From the NCBI GenBank assembly GCA_964016885.1, contig OZ024741.1:91636001-91700000 (forward strand): DNA of 64,000 nt, read 5' to 3'. A program made the position numbers and the translations under genes. Below the pieces are notes generated by a model. That model saw only the letters and a program-made list of their open reading frames with translations, had not been told where the DNA came from and ran no database searches. The stretch is from Eledone cirrhosa. Taxonomy: Eukaryota. Positions 13,829 to 29,195 of this stretch are shown in pieces. Numbering within the stretch: position 1 is the stretch's first letter; every line of letters begins with the position of its first letter.

Positions 13829-14959
13829 TGGTTAGGATATAATATATACTCCACTTTCAACACACATGTTAACTCTCTTTGTAACTCGCTTTTACTATTT
13901 CTCTCTCTCTCCTCCTCTCTCTCTCACGATGTCAACACTATATGACAGTTAGGTTCAGAGTACACAACTCTGTGGAATATCCAACCGCTTACGCGTTCAT
14001 TTACGTGTCTAACATTCAGTTGATCGAACACTTGAAGGTTCGTCATTGAAACCGACGGAAAACCCATCATCATCATCATCATCCAGAAATTATAGTATCA
14101 AGAAAGCTGACCAAGTTTGAATTAATCTCTGAAACTAAAGATTATCTCCAATCTTCTTATCAGAGTTTTCGCTGTCTTAAATTTTTGGAAAATGTACATG
14201 AAATGTATGAAAACATGGTTAACTCTTTCGTTGTCATATTACTAATGAAAGACATTGCTTGTATCATTCAAATCGTTTTGAAAATAATCAAGAATTTGGA
14301 AGGATTTAATTATGTAACTAACCTTCTCCTTATTAAGCTGGTGATTAGAACATATGAAAGGTGTTGACCTAAAATTATGCTGGGAGGTTTCAAATAAACA
14401 TCTTTATATTGTAGAACCAAAATTGGTTTAAGGCGGTTTGATATCAAAAGTAATTGAGCAATAGAATTATTTTTCTTATTTTCAGGCTTTTGTTTACAGC
14501 ATAGCTGAACAAAGTTCCTTATATAAAATTACGATGGAAGATTTTTATATGGACAAACATTTTCAATAAACTGTACATCCATGGGCGATTGTATGTGGGT
14601 TGTTATTAAAGGTGTTATGCTGAAGGATACAACATTATTTAATAAATGCTTTACATAGAATTATGATGAAAGGTTTTTAGATAAACATAACCGCTTTGAA
14701 ATAAATAGCTTTTTTGTCGTAGAACCAGGCTGTTTGGCATCAAAAGGATTAAAGTTAACCTGTATAACACCTTGCTAGAGTTGCAATATTTAAGAAGGAG
14801 CCAATTTATACGTGATCAAAACAGCGGGACATGTTCAAGCAAAACGCTCACTGTCGCAATTTGGTTAACTCAAAACTGGTAGCATGATATGTTATATCTT
14901 TTCACTGAGGGATGACACTATGTAATTTATGTAATCCCCGTGGTCTTATAAAGCTACTT

Positions 14960-15290
14960 TAACTTTTAACATCGTGAAATGATTTAACAGAGAATGTATA
15001 AAAACTACTTTGTTAATTTAAATTTGTATACTACTTTTACGAGTGGACAGATTGTTGTGAAAATTTGTATTATTAGAGTAACAACTTCAATTGTTAATGT
15101 GATGGCAATCAATTATGCTAACACTTAAGTTTTCTATGCACAGTTGTTAATTGACTTATAACATCCTGAAATGATTTAACAGAACATATCGTAAAAAAAT
15201 AACGGCATCTTAATTCGAATGTTTATAATATATTGACTAATGATAGATCGCTGTGAACATTTGAGCACCACACCTCCTTCATTTGACTAA
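14960..15290. repeat. Degenerate ~190 bp tandem duplication
   Basis: aacatcgtgaaatgatttaacaga (14968) and aacatcctgaaatgatttaacaga (15160), with similar downstream blocks. Confidence 0.55.
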
Positions 15291-15529
15291 TTGATCATAA
15301 CAGAACAAAAGTTATATATTATTTATAAACTACAGTTTTGTGTAATTGCTAAAACTGCAATACATTATGAACATTAATAAAATCAATGTGCCGAAGTACA
15401 TTTAAAATGTTTACATATATATATATATATTTCATATGTAGTACTGGGATCGAAATGATTGACTAGATCCCCAGCATGGCCACAGTCTAATGACTGAAAC
15501 CAGCAAAAATATAAAAGAATATAGATTGT

Positions 15530-15810
15530 GATTGAATACAGGAACACATTCTCTTCAACACAATGACTGGAGTTATGCAAACTCTGGATACTCTGATGTA
15601 AGTTTAAACAAACTGAAAATATTGAATGTTCGAAACACTTCATGTTGCCAAAAACATATAAATCCTCAAAGCTTTTTTTACCCGCAAGTTCTCTATATAA
15701 ACTTTAAACATATCAGTTCAAATTCCACAGAGGTCGTTCGTACATTCTGCCGTGGTCTCTATCGTTAATATTACTATTAGCATTTTTATATAACCAAAGA
15801 TCGTATGTTT
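15530..15810 (+). pseudogene. Decayed cadherin-repeat remnant
   Basis: FKHISSNSTEVVRTFCRGLYR*YYY*HFYITKDR. ctc tat cgt taa is two substitutions from LDRE and is followed by a YxLxIxAKD-like stretch. Confidence 0.35.
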
Positions 15811-16206
15811 CGATTCACCCACATCCCTTTATTCTCTGTAGAATCTGACGATTTCTTCCCCTCCTCTCATTCCTATAATTACGTTCTGACATCGTAGGTT
15901 AAGCTCAAATATCTTTGTCTTTTTTGTGTTGCCTCAAAATACAAATGAGATATTGTAGGTGAGAGGTGTCACATGTTTCTATCAAACATATTTATCGTTT
16001 TATAGAACTGGCATCTGTTTGTCTCTATCACTGTACGTCTTCCGATACTTCTGTATGCCTCTCTCTCTCTCTTCCCCTCTCTCTCTCTCTCTCTCTTTCT
16101 CTCACCTTACCTATTGTTGTCTCTCTTACTCAAACTTTAGTGGTCTCTTTCTCACTATCGCTTTCCCTGTCTCTATTTCTCTCGGCCTGTCTCTTTATCT
16201 CTCAAT

Positions 16207-16285
<79 letters not shown>

Positions 16286-16459
16286 CTCTTCTCTCTCCCT
16301 CTCTCGTTCTCAAAACGATTTTGCAGTATTTAAGAAATTCTTAATAATTTAAAAACTAATAAGGATTTAAATGGTCCCAGAGGAGTAAAAGGAAGGATAT
16401 ATGTCATGTTCAATTCATTTATTGTTTACATCATAGTTTTCCTTTGATACGCAACGTTA

Positions 16460-16570
16460 GAGGCGGGCATTGATGTGTGGTTAAGGAGTCCACTTCACTT
16501 CGCAAACACGTAGTTCTAAGCACCATTCCACCGAGCAACAACTAGGGCAAACGTCTTCTACTATCGCCTC
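16460..16570 (+). mobile_element. SINE 5' fragment (second family)
   Basis: tgtgtggttaagga head followed by the CORE-like ctagggcaaacgtcttctactat. Confidence 0.5.
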
Positions 16571-16579
16571 ATATATACA

Positions 16580-16669
<90 letters not shown>

Positions 16670-16671
<2 letters not shown>

Positions 16672-18150
16672 AGATCACACCATCTTCTGTAGTACACAAG
16701 GTACATCTGGGAGCGATGATTAATCTCTCGGTGGCTGAGGTCACAATAGCAATTAAAGAGCTTAAATGTGGCAAGTCCATTTGGGAGGATGAAATTCAGC
16801 TCGAGTTTTGAAAAACCTTAAATAAAGAAAGTATTCTCTAGCTGACTCATGTGTGCCGAGTGCCCTGGATCTCTGTAAAGGCACCTCAGTAATGGCAATC
16901 GCGAGTGAAAATTCCAATTTCCAAAAAGGGAGATAAGAGAGCTCACTACTATAATAGAAGGATCTTCTTTTTAAGCTTCCCTGGTAGTCTATGCTAAGTG
17001 TCTCACAAAGAAATGTAGGGAGATTGTCGAGTCCAAGCGAGTTGTTGGACAGTGTTATTTTCGTCCCTGACGCAGCACAGCCAAATAAATATTCCCATAT
17101 CGAGGGAGCACAGCCAAGAGTTGTATTGTTGATTTGTAGACCTTGAAAAAACATATGATCGCATTCCATTGGACCTGCTGTGGAAGGTTCTGGAGGAATA
17201 TGGAATCGAATTGCAGCTTCCTGCTGTCCTGATGTCTCATACGAATGCCCGGGTATTTGTGTTCGGATAAATGGTGCTAAATCAAAACCATTCAATTTGA
17301 GAATCGGACTCCACTAAGGGTTCTTACTGTCACCTCCCCTGTTCGTTATTTACATGAACAGCCGGGTTGTAACTGGTATCACAACTGGCAAGTGTAGAAT
17401 CAGCCGGCTGGAATTTGTAGTCGTCATGGTTTTACTTAACTCGATAGAAGGGGATCTCCGATATTCACTTGATAGGTTTAATGCCGAGTGCTGCATGACT
17501 GGAATGAAAATCAATCGTGTGAAAACTGAGACACTCGCTCTCTCAAGGAGGCCTGCGCAGTGCACTCTACGTGCGAATGGAGTTGCACTGAAACAGTTCA
17601 ATTATTTCGGGGCCGTTTTCACGAGTGATATCAGGCAGGAGGCTGAATTAAGTACAAGAATTGCAGTAATAGGCCAAATTCAGCATTCGGTAATTAGAAG
17701 GGAAGTAGGTGTAAAAACCAAATTCGCTATCTTCAATTCGGTATTCATGCCAAATCTTAACTATGGTCATGAATCTTGGGTAATGACCGAAATGATATGA
17801 TCGCGAATAGAATCCGTCAAAATGGGGTTTTCGGAAGGGTCCATGTTAATGTTACTCCATAGAGTTCGTACCTCGGAGATCAGAGAGTCGCTCTAGTTAG
17901 AATCGCTACTTCTCCGAATTAAGAGATCACACCTCTAGTACTATACACATGCGGTTAGAATGTCTCAGCAAAGATATGGCTGGACAAATTTTACGGGCAA
18001 AACTAACTGGCAGGAGATCCGAGGGTAGACGCCGGCTGGTCTCGCTTAGGGATCCAGCCAGTCAGTCGGAAACTATTGCTTCTGACAGGACCCGCTGGAA
18101 GGAGTGTCTGAGGACTCTGCCCCTCTCAAAGATAAGTGAGCGACGAAAAA
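16670..18150 (+). mobile_element. 5'-truncated degenerate RTE-clade LINE (RT to 3' end)
   Basis: Frameshifted RT remnants (VDLEKTYD; ISRLEFVVVMVL at the YADD region; ORF 17354-17800 with YGHESWVM). Collinear with 50425-51870. Confidence 0.85.
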
Positions 18151-18198
18151 GTGTATATATATATATGTATATATATATGTCATGTATATTTATATATG

Positions 18199-18229
<31 letters not shown>

Positions 18230-18440
18230 TTGCGTGTGTATGTGTTTATGTCCTCTCTATTGGAAGGTAGGCAAAAAGGGGAAAAAATATCTATTTTGGG
18301 CAATATGATCGTTTATAGGGTCGTATTGTAGATTGGACGCTAGTTAACGACTGAAACCAGTAAACAAAAAAGAAAGACGTTCTATTATACAACAAAACAA
18401 TACATAGAGATTATATGAATGATTGTTCAAAATTACTTAC

Positions 18441-18604
18441 GTGGTCAATTGAAGACAGTGTAACGCAGTGATCTCCCTTTTCCACTGTTTACGTCCATCG
18501 AAGATCGGGAAGTAGCACAGAAAGGACGGGGCTGGCGTTTATTCCAGGTTGAGCATTATTATTATTATGATCCTCATTTTGTTTGTCATTTTATATTTCA
18601 CTGA

Positions 18605-18635
<31 letters not shown>

Positions 18636-19855
18636 TGCTTATTATATATATGTGTGTATATACATATATATGTGTGTGTATGTATGCACGTGTGTTTGTA
18701 AGTGTGAATATTTATATGGCACGTGTATATATGTGACTGAATGTTCGTGTATATTTGACCGGCAGGTAGTGTATGTATGTATATGTGCGTGAGTGTTCGC
18801 GCGCGTCTATGTGTACGTGTATATGTGGCTGAATGTTTGTGTATATGTAAACGTAACTGTCAGTGTGTGAGTGTATGTGTATATTTGCACATGCATATGA
18901 GACGGAATGTTTGTCAGTGTATACGTGTGAGTGTGTCTGTGTGAAGATGTATGAATGTGTATGTGTGTATGTTCACGAAATTAAATGGAATAAAATCCAA
19001 AAGTGATGCTTTAAAAGTGAGTATATATGTTAGAATATTACATTAAATATAGGTAAGTATAATATTCTGAATCAAAGCATTTACCATGAGGGGGTATTGT
19101 TGCTATATTTGTTTAAAAGGCTGAATATCGCTTGGTAAAGGTTTTCCATAAAAGTTTCTTTATATCTCCCGTTGGAATCCAATAAAGAAAAAATAGTCCT
19201 TGGTAAGACAAGTAATGTAATAATATTTGAATTATTATCATTTTTTTTTATTATTTTAACAAGCCACCACCACATTAAATAAGGAGGGCGAAAGTTGTAC
19301 ATTTTTTGTTTTTTTTTGAAAAGCTGCAACGCGTACGTGCATAGGATACAGGATTCAAATTATTTTTAATTTTGTTGATACGTTGAATATCATTTATGTC
19401 GGAGCAGGCTTGGGAAAACTTGTTATAAACTTTCATTGTTTTCCGTTTTATTTGAGATAAATAAATAAATAAATAAATAGATATATTACTTTTTCTATCT
19501 TCTGGTGAGTCAAATTGTGCTAAATATCCTTTCATTTAATGTAATCATTTTTAAAATAATCCTTAGCAGCTATAAAGATGACAAAGTCCATATTTTTATT
19601 CTTGTCCTTAATGATAGTGGTAGATATGGTAATAATTTCTGAGTCCTCATTGAAGTAGAGTGTAGCACAGCCAGTGATATCCCTGTTAATTTTAATACTC
19701 CAGTCATTTTTCTTTTACCATACGATACGTGAATTTCTGCCATTTATTCCTCCTTTAAAACATCGGTGTATCCAGGTTTAATTATGAAATGATATCCGTT
19801 CTGGGTTCACTTCATTGTTTGATCCACCCGTCTCCGTGATAAAATCTTTGAGAAT
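18441..19855 (-). pseudogene. Decayed cadherin-repeat remnants on the minus strand
   Basis: GGINGR...LYFNEDSEIITISTTIIKDKNKNMDFVIFIAAKD (19560-19755); SDIND (~19390-19405); NAQPG..VLSV-/-DVNSGKGRSLRYTV (18450-18560) ending at a GTAAGT donor-like site. Stops and frameshifts are present. Confidence 0.45.
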
Positions 19856-19886
19856 AAAAAAAAGTATATATAAATATGTGCGTATA

Positions 19887-19919
<33 letters not shown>

Positions 19920-20034
19920 CGTATATATGTATATATGTATATATTCTTAGCTGTTCTCTTCTCACATGTTAATCACAACCAAACAGTTTTTTAACTGAGC
20001 AGTACTGAAATTACAAATAGAACATATATATATA

Positions 20035-20300
20035 TATTGGTGGGCGAAAACTGCAGAAGCCCGTTGTGTGTATAATACAGAAATGTGTTTGTGTGTGCGT
20101 ATGAAAGTTTAGGTTTGTATTTCTGTGACTCTCTTTATGTCCCGTAACCTAGCTGTCTGACATAAAGAGATCGATGAAATAAGTACCAGATTTGAAAGAG
20201 TAAGTACGGGTGTGAGTTGATTGATCGACTAAATCACTTCAAGGCGGTGCCCCAGCAATGCCTCAGTCTGATGACTGAAACCAGTAGATGAATAAAATAA
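20035..20300 (+). mobile_element. SINE 3' part (second family)
   Basis: gatgaaataagtaccag...gatcgactaaa...cttcaaggcggtgccccagca...cagtctgatgactgaaacc; related to 57010-57200 and 15440-15520. Confidence 0.65.
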
Positions 20301-20337
20301 TATATATATATATAATTTTATTTTATTCATCTACTGG

Positions 20338-20383
<46 letters not shown>

Positions 20384-20703
20384 AGGGTAGAAGAGTTTGA
20401 ACAGTGCGATAGAGAAACTGGTAGTAAAAATTAAAAGTAGTTGTAATAGTAATAATAATAATCAGTAAGATTCAGCCGCAGGCGAATACACCAATGCCCA
20501 ATCGTTGGTTGATACTTCATCAATCCAGTTACGCGTTTCGGTTCAATAATTGCGCAACCCTTCATTAAAATTGTACAAGTGTATTTTATGTTAGCATGTC
20601 TGTTTCTGTCTGTTTGACTGTCTTCACATGTCGTAGTTGTTTTTGTTATTTTTCTATTTTTCTTTTCTCTCTCTTCTGTATTAAAAAATGTCTACATACA
20701 CAC

Positions 20704-20754
<51 letters not shown>

Positions 20755-21049
20755 CTTATAATTCCTTTTATTTTTGCAGACATGTTGATTTGATGGTGTT
20801 TAATTAAGAAGAAGAAGAAGAAGAAGAAAGAGGAGGAGGAGGTGGGTGAGAAGGGGGTGAGGGAGGGAAAAGTGTGCAAGTGAAAAAGTACAAACGTGAA
20901 TTATATAAATGAATATGAGAGAAAGAGAGAAATTATGCAATGAATAAATTCATTTATGAGTGAGGAATGAGTGAAGAGAGAAAGAAATTATTACCTTGAC
21001 AGTGATCAGTATTAGTAATTGACAGACGCATCAACATACAATTAAATTA

Positions 21050-21087
<38 letters not shown>

Positions 21088-21229
21088 TAACCACAACTAC
21101 ATCGATCACTAAGCTCAAAGCTGTCGACACCTCTATGAAAACGGTAAATGACAATGACAGGCTGTCGATAATTGACTGGTTTGTTGTTCTTTATGGTATT
21201 ATTATTATCATTACATTTTATATTTTTAT

Positions 21230-21351
21230 ATTTTCATTGTTAAATTAGTCTTGCCATTGTGCACTTTTACTCGACCTTATTGTAAACCCCCACTGTCTCT
21301 GTCTTTGTATTGTCCCCTACATGTCAGCCCTTGTGGCTAATAAATGAAATC
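21230..21351 (+). mobile_element. 3' UTR-only copy of the Tx1-like family, followed by (ATT)n
   Basis: Ends cccttgtggctaataaatgaaatc-attattatc, matching the 3' end of the 59855 element (cccttgtggttaataaagaaatc-attatt). Confidence 0.65.
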
Positions 21352-22449
21352 ATTATTATCATTACTATTTTTATTATTATTTCATGTGTGTGTGTATATA
21401 TATAGGCACACACACGAACGAGAGAAAAATTACCTTTTTTCCCTTCTGTCGCAAAATATTACATTAAATATATATTTTACCAGGTAGTGTGTGACTATGT
21501 ATGTCAGTGTGTGTATGTGTCAGTGTATGTATGTATCAATGTGTGTCCCTGTGTGTATGTAGATGGAAGTGTCAGCATGTTTGTGTGTCAATGTGCGAGT
21601 GTCTGGGTGTGTGAGATATATATAGTCGGGTGGGTAGAGAAACTTAACATAAGCAATCATTTTTTTTTTTTATTTAAAAATATGAAATGGAAGAACAAGA
21701 TTTTTGGATTTAGAAAGAATAACACCGTATGAAAGAGAACCTCATGATTGGAATTTTGGTCATGGCTTCCACTGATCGATAGATCGATAAAGTAGCGTTG
21801 TTGTTTTGGGATAAAGAAGAGCAAAACATAATTAGTAAATAGAAATATATATCTAAGATAAGGTGTTGGTATTGGTGTTCTTAGTGGCAGTGGTAGGGAT
21901 GTTGGTGGTAATATAATTGTTGTTGTTGGTGGTGGTGGTGGTATTGATGTTGATGGTGATGATGCTTGTGGTGATGATGCTGGTGATAGTAATGTTTGTG
22001 TTGGTGTTGCTACTGTTGGTGTCGGTGTGGATGGTGGCAGTAGTGGTGTTGGTGGGGGTGGAGTAGGTGTAGGTTGGAGCTATTATTGTTGTTGGTTGTG
22101 GCGGAGAAAAACTGTTGAAGTGTCAAAGAGTAATAAAACTTTCAGTGTGCGTAGTTTTCCATAAGGTCATCATAGAAAAAAAAAAAAAAACACTGTGAAC
22201 CATTTAAAATGATTATAGCTAAATAGCTATGTCCAAAAGTAACACAAATATTGACATCTCATGATAATGAAAATGATGAACCTCTATTTCGGAACAGGTA
22301 CAGGAATGAGATGATTTTTATTTTATTTTTTTTATTTTGTAACAATTTTGTTGCTAGCTCTCGTCATAAAAGTAACGCTCATTATTCGAAATCGTTTTAG
22401 GTATATTATAAATAATTAAATATATTGAAAATAATAATAATAATAATAA

Positions 22450-22496
<47 letters not shown>

Positions 22497-22611
22497 ACAA
22501 AAATACTATTTATCGTTCAAAGGTATTACTGTAAATGTGTCATTAAATCTATTAACAGGTACAATAAGGTCACTTGCTTCGTTACATGCGATATGTTTAT
22601 TTAGAAAGTGA

Positions 22612-22690
<79 letters not shown>

Positions 22691-23097
22691 CGATGGGTGG
22701 GTTGAATAGTAATTAATTTTTTTTTTTTAAATAATATATACACACTTATTCAATTATCAGGTATTTCTATCCAGTAGCTACTGTAAAATGAAATTTAAAG
22801 AAATAAGTCGAATCAGTAAAAAGGTGATATTGAAATTCAGTTGGTTTAAGGTTATAAACAGCTTCCATGTGACGTGGAAACGTTTTGTATATTAGAGAAT
22901 ATATATATATATGTATGCATGTATGTATGTATGCATGCATGTATGTATGTATGGATGGATGGATGTATGGATGGTGGGTGGATGGATGAATGGAGGGATA
23001 TTAGTATGTAAGTATAGAATCAGGGGATAGAGCTTCAATTAGTGTCGAGAAAACGGCTTATATAATGCACCGACACACGCGTGTGTGTACACAAAAG

Positions 23098-23654
<557 letters not shown>

Positions 23655-24010
23655 TCAATCGATTATCATAGTGTTGTGACACAAACTTCACCACTAATAA
23701 CAGACTTGTCTTGTAATGGTATATATTACTTACTATTGAAGTACCATTGAAAAAAATTAACCCTGCACAACACTATAGATTTCCTTGCATTGTTAGCGTA
23801 TTTCTTTTTCACTATTATTGCTGTGACTGTCACTATTATTATATATGTTGTTGTTATGCAGTAGTCAATGCCTCTTGTATTTCCCTCTTTCCTCTTCACT
23901 TTCTCTTTCATTTGCTTATGAGGAAAAATAGTGAAAAGCACTGGTGCTTCTGTTGGGCGAAATCTGATAAAATACGCTGATTGTTTGCATGTGTTTATGT
24001 ACATGTGTGA

Positions 24011-24114
<104 letters not shown>

Positions 24115-24165
24115 CACTATGTGTCAGTTCATACGTCCATGTGTATATATGTGTAAGTTTATCGC

Positions 24166-24260
<95 letters not shown>

Positions 24261-24360
24261 TTATGTGTTCACGTGCATGGATATCTGTGTCTGTGTAAGT
24301 TTACCTATATATAGATATATATATAGATAGATAGATATAGTGTGAGTGTTAGTTTATCTA

Positions 24361-24438
<78 letters not shown>

Positions 24439-24447
24439 GACAGAAAT

Positions 24448-24500
24448 GGTTTATACAGAATTAGAACTGTTTCATTCGAAGAAAATCATCAGGAAAGCCC
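24448..24500 (-). ncRNA. Degenerate hammerhead ribozyme motif
   Basis: Minus strand reads ggctttc CTGATGA ttttcttcgaat GAAA cag-ttctaatt-ctg TA taaacc. Core and stem III are intact; stems I and II are weak. Confidence 0.45.
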
Positions 24501-25507
24501 TGATATATATATATATATATATATATATAGGTGGAGTGTGAATGCGTATTTGTGTGTGGTTTATTACTTTGACAATCCAAAAATGATTATAAGGCTATAT
24601 CCAATGTCGATTATGATGATGATGATAATGATGATGATGATGAAGGTGTTGGTACACTGCGATACTATAAAGGGAAAAGAGGGAAGGGTTACGAAACCGT
24701 ATAAAAGGTAAACAGCAAAATAACTTACTTGAAATACACTAGAATCCATTCCGCTGGCTTTTGCCCTGCTATGTATGTGTGTATATATATATGTGTGTGT
24801 GTGTACTATTTATAATGAATGTATTGTTATTGTGTGATGCGGTACTATTTTTTTTATATAGAACGTGGTATATATATATATATATATAATATATATATAT
24901 AGACACACACACACACTCTATAATGTATTATTAATGTCTGATGCGGTACTATTATTATATAGAAATGTAGTGTTTGTTATAAAATCATTTTGTGTGTGTG
25001 TGTTTGTGCGCGTGTGTATATGTGTGTGCGTATGTATGTGTGTGTGTGTGTATGGGTGTGAGTACGCGTGTGTGAAAGAGAGCGTGTATGTGTAAGTGTG
25101 TAATCTTAGTGAATTACTGAACATCTAAGTGTCTCACATAGCTCCTAACACAACACACCACACACACTACATACATACTACACACGGTTCCAATTACTAA
25201 CATAAACACAGACAAAAACTACATTACTTGTATATATATATATATATTATATATATAGAAGTATGCACACATATATATACATATGCACATATATATATAT
25301 ATATGCACATATATATGTATATATATATATACATACACACCTCACATCAACTCACTTCAAACACAATCACAAACTACTCATTCCTCCACTCCGCCCCCTC
25401 CTCGTTCTTTTTCCTCTCTCACCTCTACTTTCCCTCTCACTCTCTCTTTCATACATACACGCATATTGACATGCTTGTATATACAGGTAATACTAAATCA
25501 ACATCAA

Positions 25508-26176
25508 CTACTATACTATAGTATGCCACACTATACTATGCTATACTATACTATGCTACACTATACTATATTATACTATACTATGCTACACTATACTATA
25601 CTATATTATACTGTACTATGCTACACTATACTATACTATACTATAATATAGTATACTATACTATACTATACTATACTATATTATATTATACTATGCTATA
25701 CGATACTATGCTACACTATACTATGCTATACTATATTATACTATACTATAATATACTATACTATACTATACTATGCTATACTATATTATGTTATACTATA
25801 CTATACTATACTATACTATGCTATACTATACTATAATATACTATACTATACTATGCTATACTATAATATACTATACTATACTATACTATGCTATACTATA
25901 CTATGCTATACTATACTATACTATAATATACTATACTATACTATGCTATGCTATACTATACTATACTATACTATACTATACTATGCTATGTTATACTATA
26001 CTATGCTATGCTATGCTATACTATACTATACTATACTATACTATACTATACTATACTATACTATACTATACTATACTATACTATACTATACTATACTATA
26101 CTATACTATACTATACTATACTATACTATACTATACTATACTATACTATACTATACTATACTATACTATACTATAT
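25508..26176. repeat. (ACTAT)n pentanucleotide array with GCTAT variants
   Basis: Direct reading, ~670 bp; pure toward the right end. Confidence 0.95.
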
Positions 26177-26421
26177 AAAATTACTAGCAAATACACAGAC
26201 CGGATGATTTGCTAAATTATTTTATTTTGTTTGTCTTTATTATTAATATTTTTATATTTTTCTTGGCATCCATCTATACTCCTCATTATTGCTAATGGTT
26301 ATTATTGTTGGTGCAGTTCGACAGGTTTGCTTCCTATCAGAATCTACTACACTCTGAATGTCTACCTGTTTGTATGTTTACCTGTCTGTCACTGTCACTC
26401 CTTGAATGTAGGCATATATAT

Positions 26422-26539
<118 letters not shown>

Positions 26540-26640
26540 GTGTGTCGGTGTGTGGTGTCAATAGTATTACAATATTCGATATTCTAAAATAATAAAAAGA
26601 TATCGAAACAAATAAAATAACGAAAATAAAAAATCTATGA

Positions 26641-26723
<83 letters not shown>

Positions 26724-28118
26724 ATGGATGTATGTGTTTGTGTGTGTCTATGTGTATGCGAGTTCCAAGACAATAAATTAGTAGATATGGGGTAATAGTA
26801 GGGTAGGAGTGAGGGGGTTGAGAGAGGGGTGAATCAAATGGGCGAGAGAGGGAGGGAGTATACCGCGAGAGTAAGATTTGTCAAAGGTTTACTTTTATTA
26901 ATGATGTAATTACTTGGGTAAGTATTTTAACCATAACGTCGGATTTAGCGATGCCCTTTGAGCAAAATTGTGTAGATAGAAACTGTGTGGAAGCCCATCA
27001 CATGAAATCTACTCGTGATTCATAGCTACAGCCTTGTCACACATTGTGTTATGTTGATTCGGCTTGGAGATTACGTTAAGGGCACGTGTGGAATACTCAA
27101 CCACATACACGCCAATTCATGAGCTGGATGTTCAATTGATCAAATAACTGAAAAATCTTCATCGAAGCTGACGGTTATCCGTCATTGTATTGTCAAAGGG
27201 ACAGATTGACATTAGTGACCACAAACTAACTAATGAATGAATGGACAATAGTTTTATGAAAGAAAAGAAAATACGAGTGGAGTGATGATAGTGACCGCTG
27301 ACTGATTCTATATATAAATATGTGTGTATGTGTGTGTATATGTGTGGGTTTGTGAAAGGATTAACAGTGTATGTTTGTGTGGATGGGTGGGTGGGAGTCT
27401 GTCAGTTTGTTTTCTATGTGGAGCTGAGTTGGATGATGACTGGTGGTGCATGGAATACAAGGGAAGAAGAAGAAGAAGAAGAAGAAGAAGATGAAGAAGA
27501 AGAAGAAGACGAAGACGACTATGCGTAGAGAAAGCAAAAGAGATTGGGAGAATGAAAAGAGAAATAATTTAATTTTAAAGATGTTTTAAATTTTTCACAT
27601 AACTGGTACAGACAGCATCACCATCATCACCATCATCATCATCAACATCATCATCATCATTTTCATGATAATAGACATCCCAATAGTAGGTTGTTGGTCA
27701 TTTGAAGTGAGTTTATTTTTTTAAATTTAATTTTTGTAATTTTTATATTCCTCGTCCATTAATTAAATAGAAATGTTGTCAACATCCTCATCACCACCAT
27801 CGTTGTTGTTGCTGTTTTTATTGCTGTTGTTGTTGCCGGTGATGGTTGTAGGGGTGTCAAAGCTGTTAAAGGAATACTTGACGCCAATCACAGATCAAAT
27901 TGTTTTTTCCAATACATTCGCGGTAAGGTCTTTGGACAAATAAGGTCTTTGTCCTCTTGCATTCTTCTTATCTTTCCTTCCTATTCTGTTCATTATTTTT
28001 CGTTTCAACGTTATTTTCGCTATTTTTGTTACGAATCTTTTTTCCCCATTTACTTGTTTATTTGTTTACAATCCTTTTGTTTGGTTTTATTTATCATATG
28101 TATACGCATATATATAAA

Positions 28119-28203
<85 letters not shown>

Positions 28204-28242
28204 GATATATATATATATATATATATATATAGAAAAAAAAAA

Positions 28243-28284
<42 letters not shown>

Positions 28285-28439
28285 GTGTGTATGTGTATAT
28301 ATATATATATATATATGCATGTATGTATATATATATATATATGTGTATATGTGTGTATATATATATGTTATATTATATTATATTATATTATACATATATA
28401 TATTATATATATTATATATATATTATATACTATATATAT

Positions 28440-28511
<72 letters not shown>

Positions 28512-28618
28512 GTATATATGTGTATATGTGTGTATATATATATATATGTTATATTATATTATATTATATTATACATATATATATTATATATATTATATAC
28601 ATATTATATTTTATATAC

Positions 28619-28707
<89 letters not shown>

Positions 28708-28863
28708 GTGTGAGTGGGTGGGGGGGGGGCAAAACCAATCAGCTCTCTGTCATTCACCTGTCTATAGCACCATAATATATTTTAAAAAAAGGAAAACTTA
28801 AAGATAGAAGAAAGCAAAAGGAAGAAATGCCGCTGCCGTCGATCTTCGTATTAATACTATTAG

Positions 28864-28931
<68 letters not shown>

Positions 28932-29008
28932 AGCTAGTGCCGTTGAGGAAAAACGTTGGCAGTTAATGTCGGCGCCTCTATCGACGGCGGCAGTTTGGCG
29001 GTGGTGTA

Positions 29009-29195
29009 ATGGTGGTGTTGATGGTGGTGGTGTTGATGGTAGTGGTGGTGGTGGTAGTGGTGGTGGTGGTGGTGGTGTTGAAGGTAGTGGTAGTGGTAGT
29101 GGTGGTGGTGGTGACGGTGGTGGTGGTGGTGGTGGTGGTGGTGGTGGTGGTGGTGGTGGTGGTGGTGGTGGTGGTGGTGGTGGTGGTGGTGGTGG
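29009..29195. repeat. (GGT)n trinucleotide tract
   Basis: Direct reading. Confidence 0.95.

Noticed and set aside
20264-20285. ctgatgactgaaac as a hammerhead
   Set aside because: There is no stem II. It is a variant of the SINE tail cagtctaatgactgaaac also seen at 15483.
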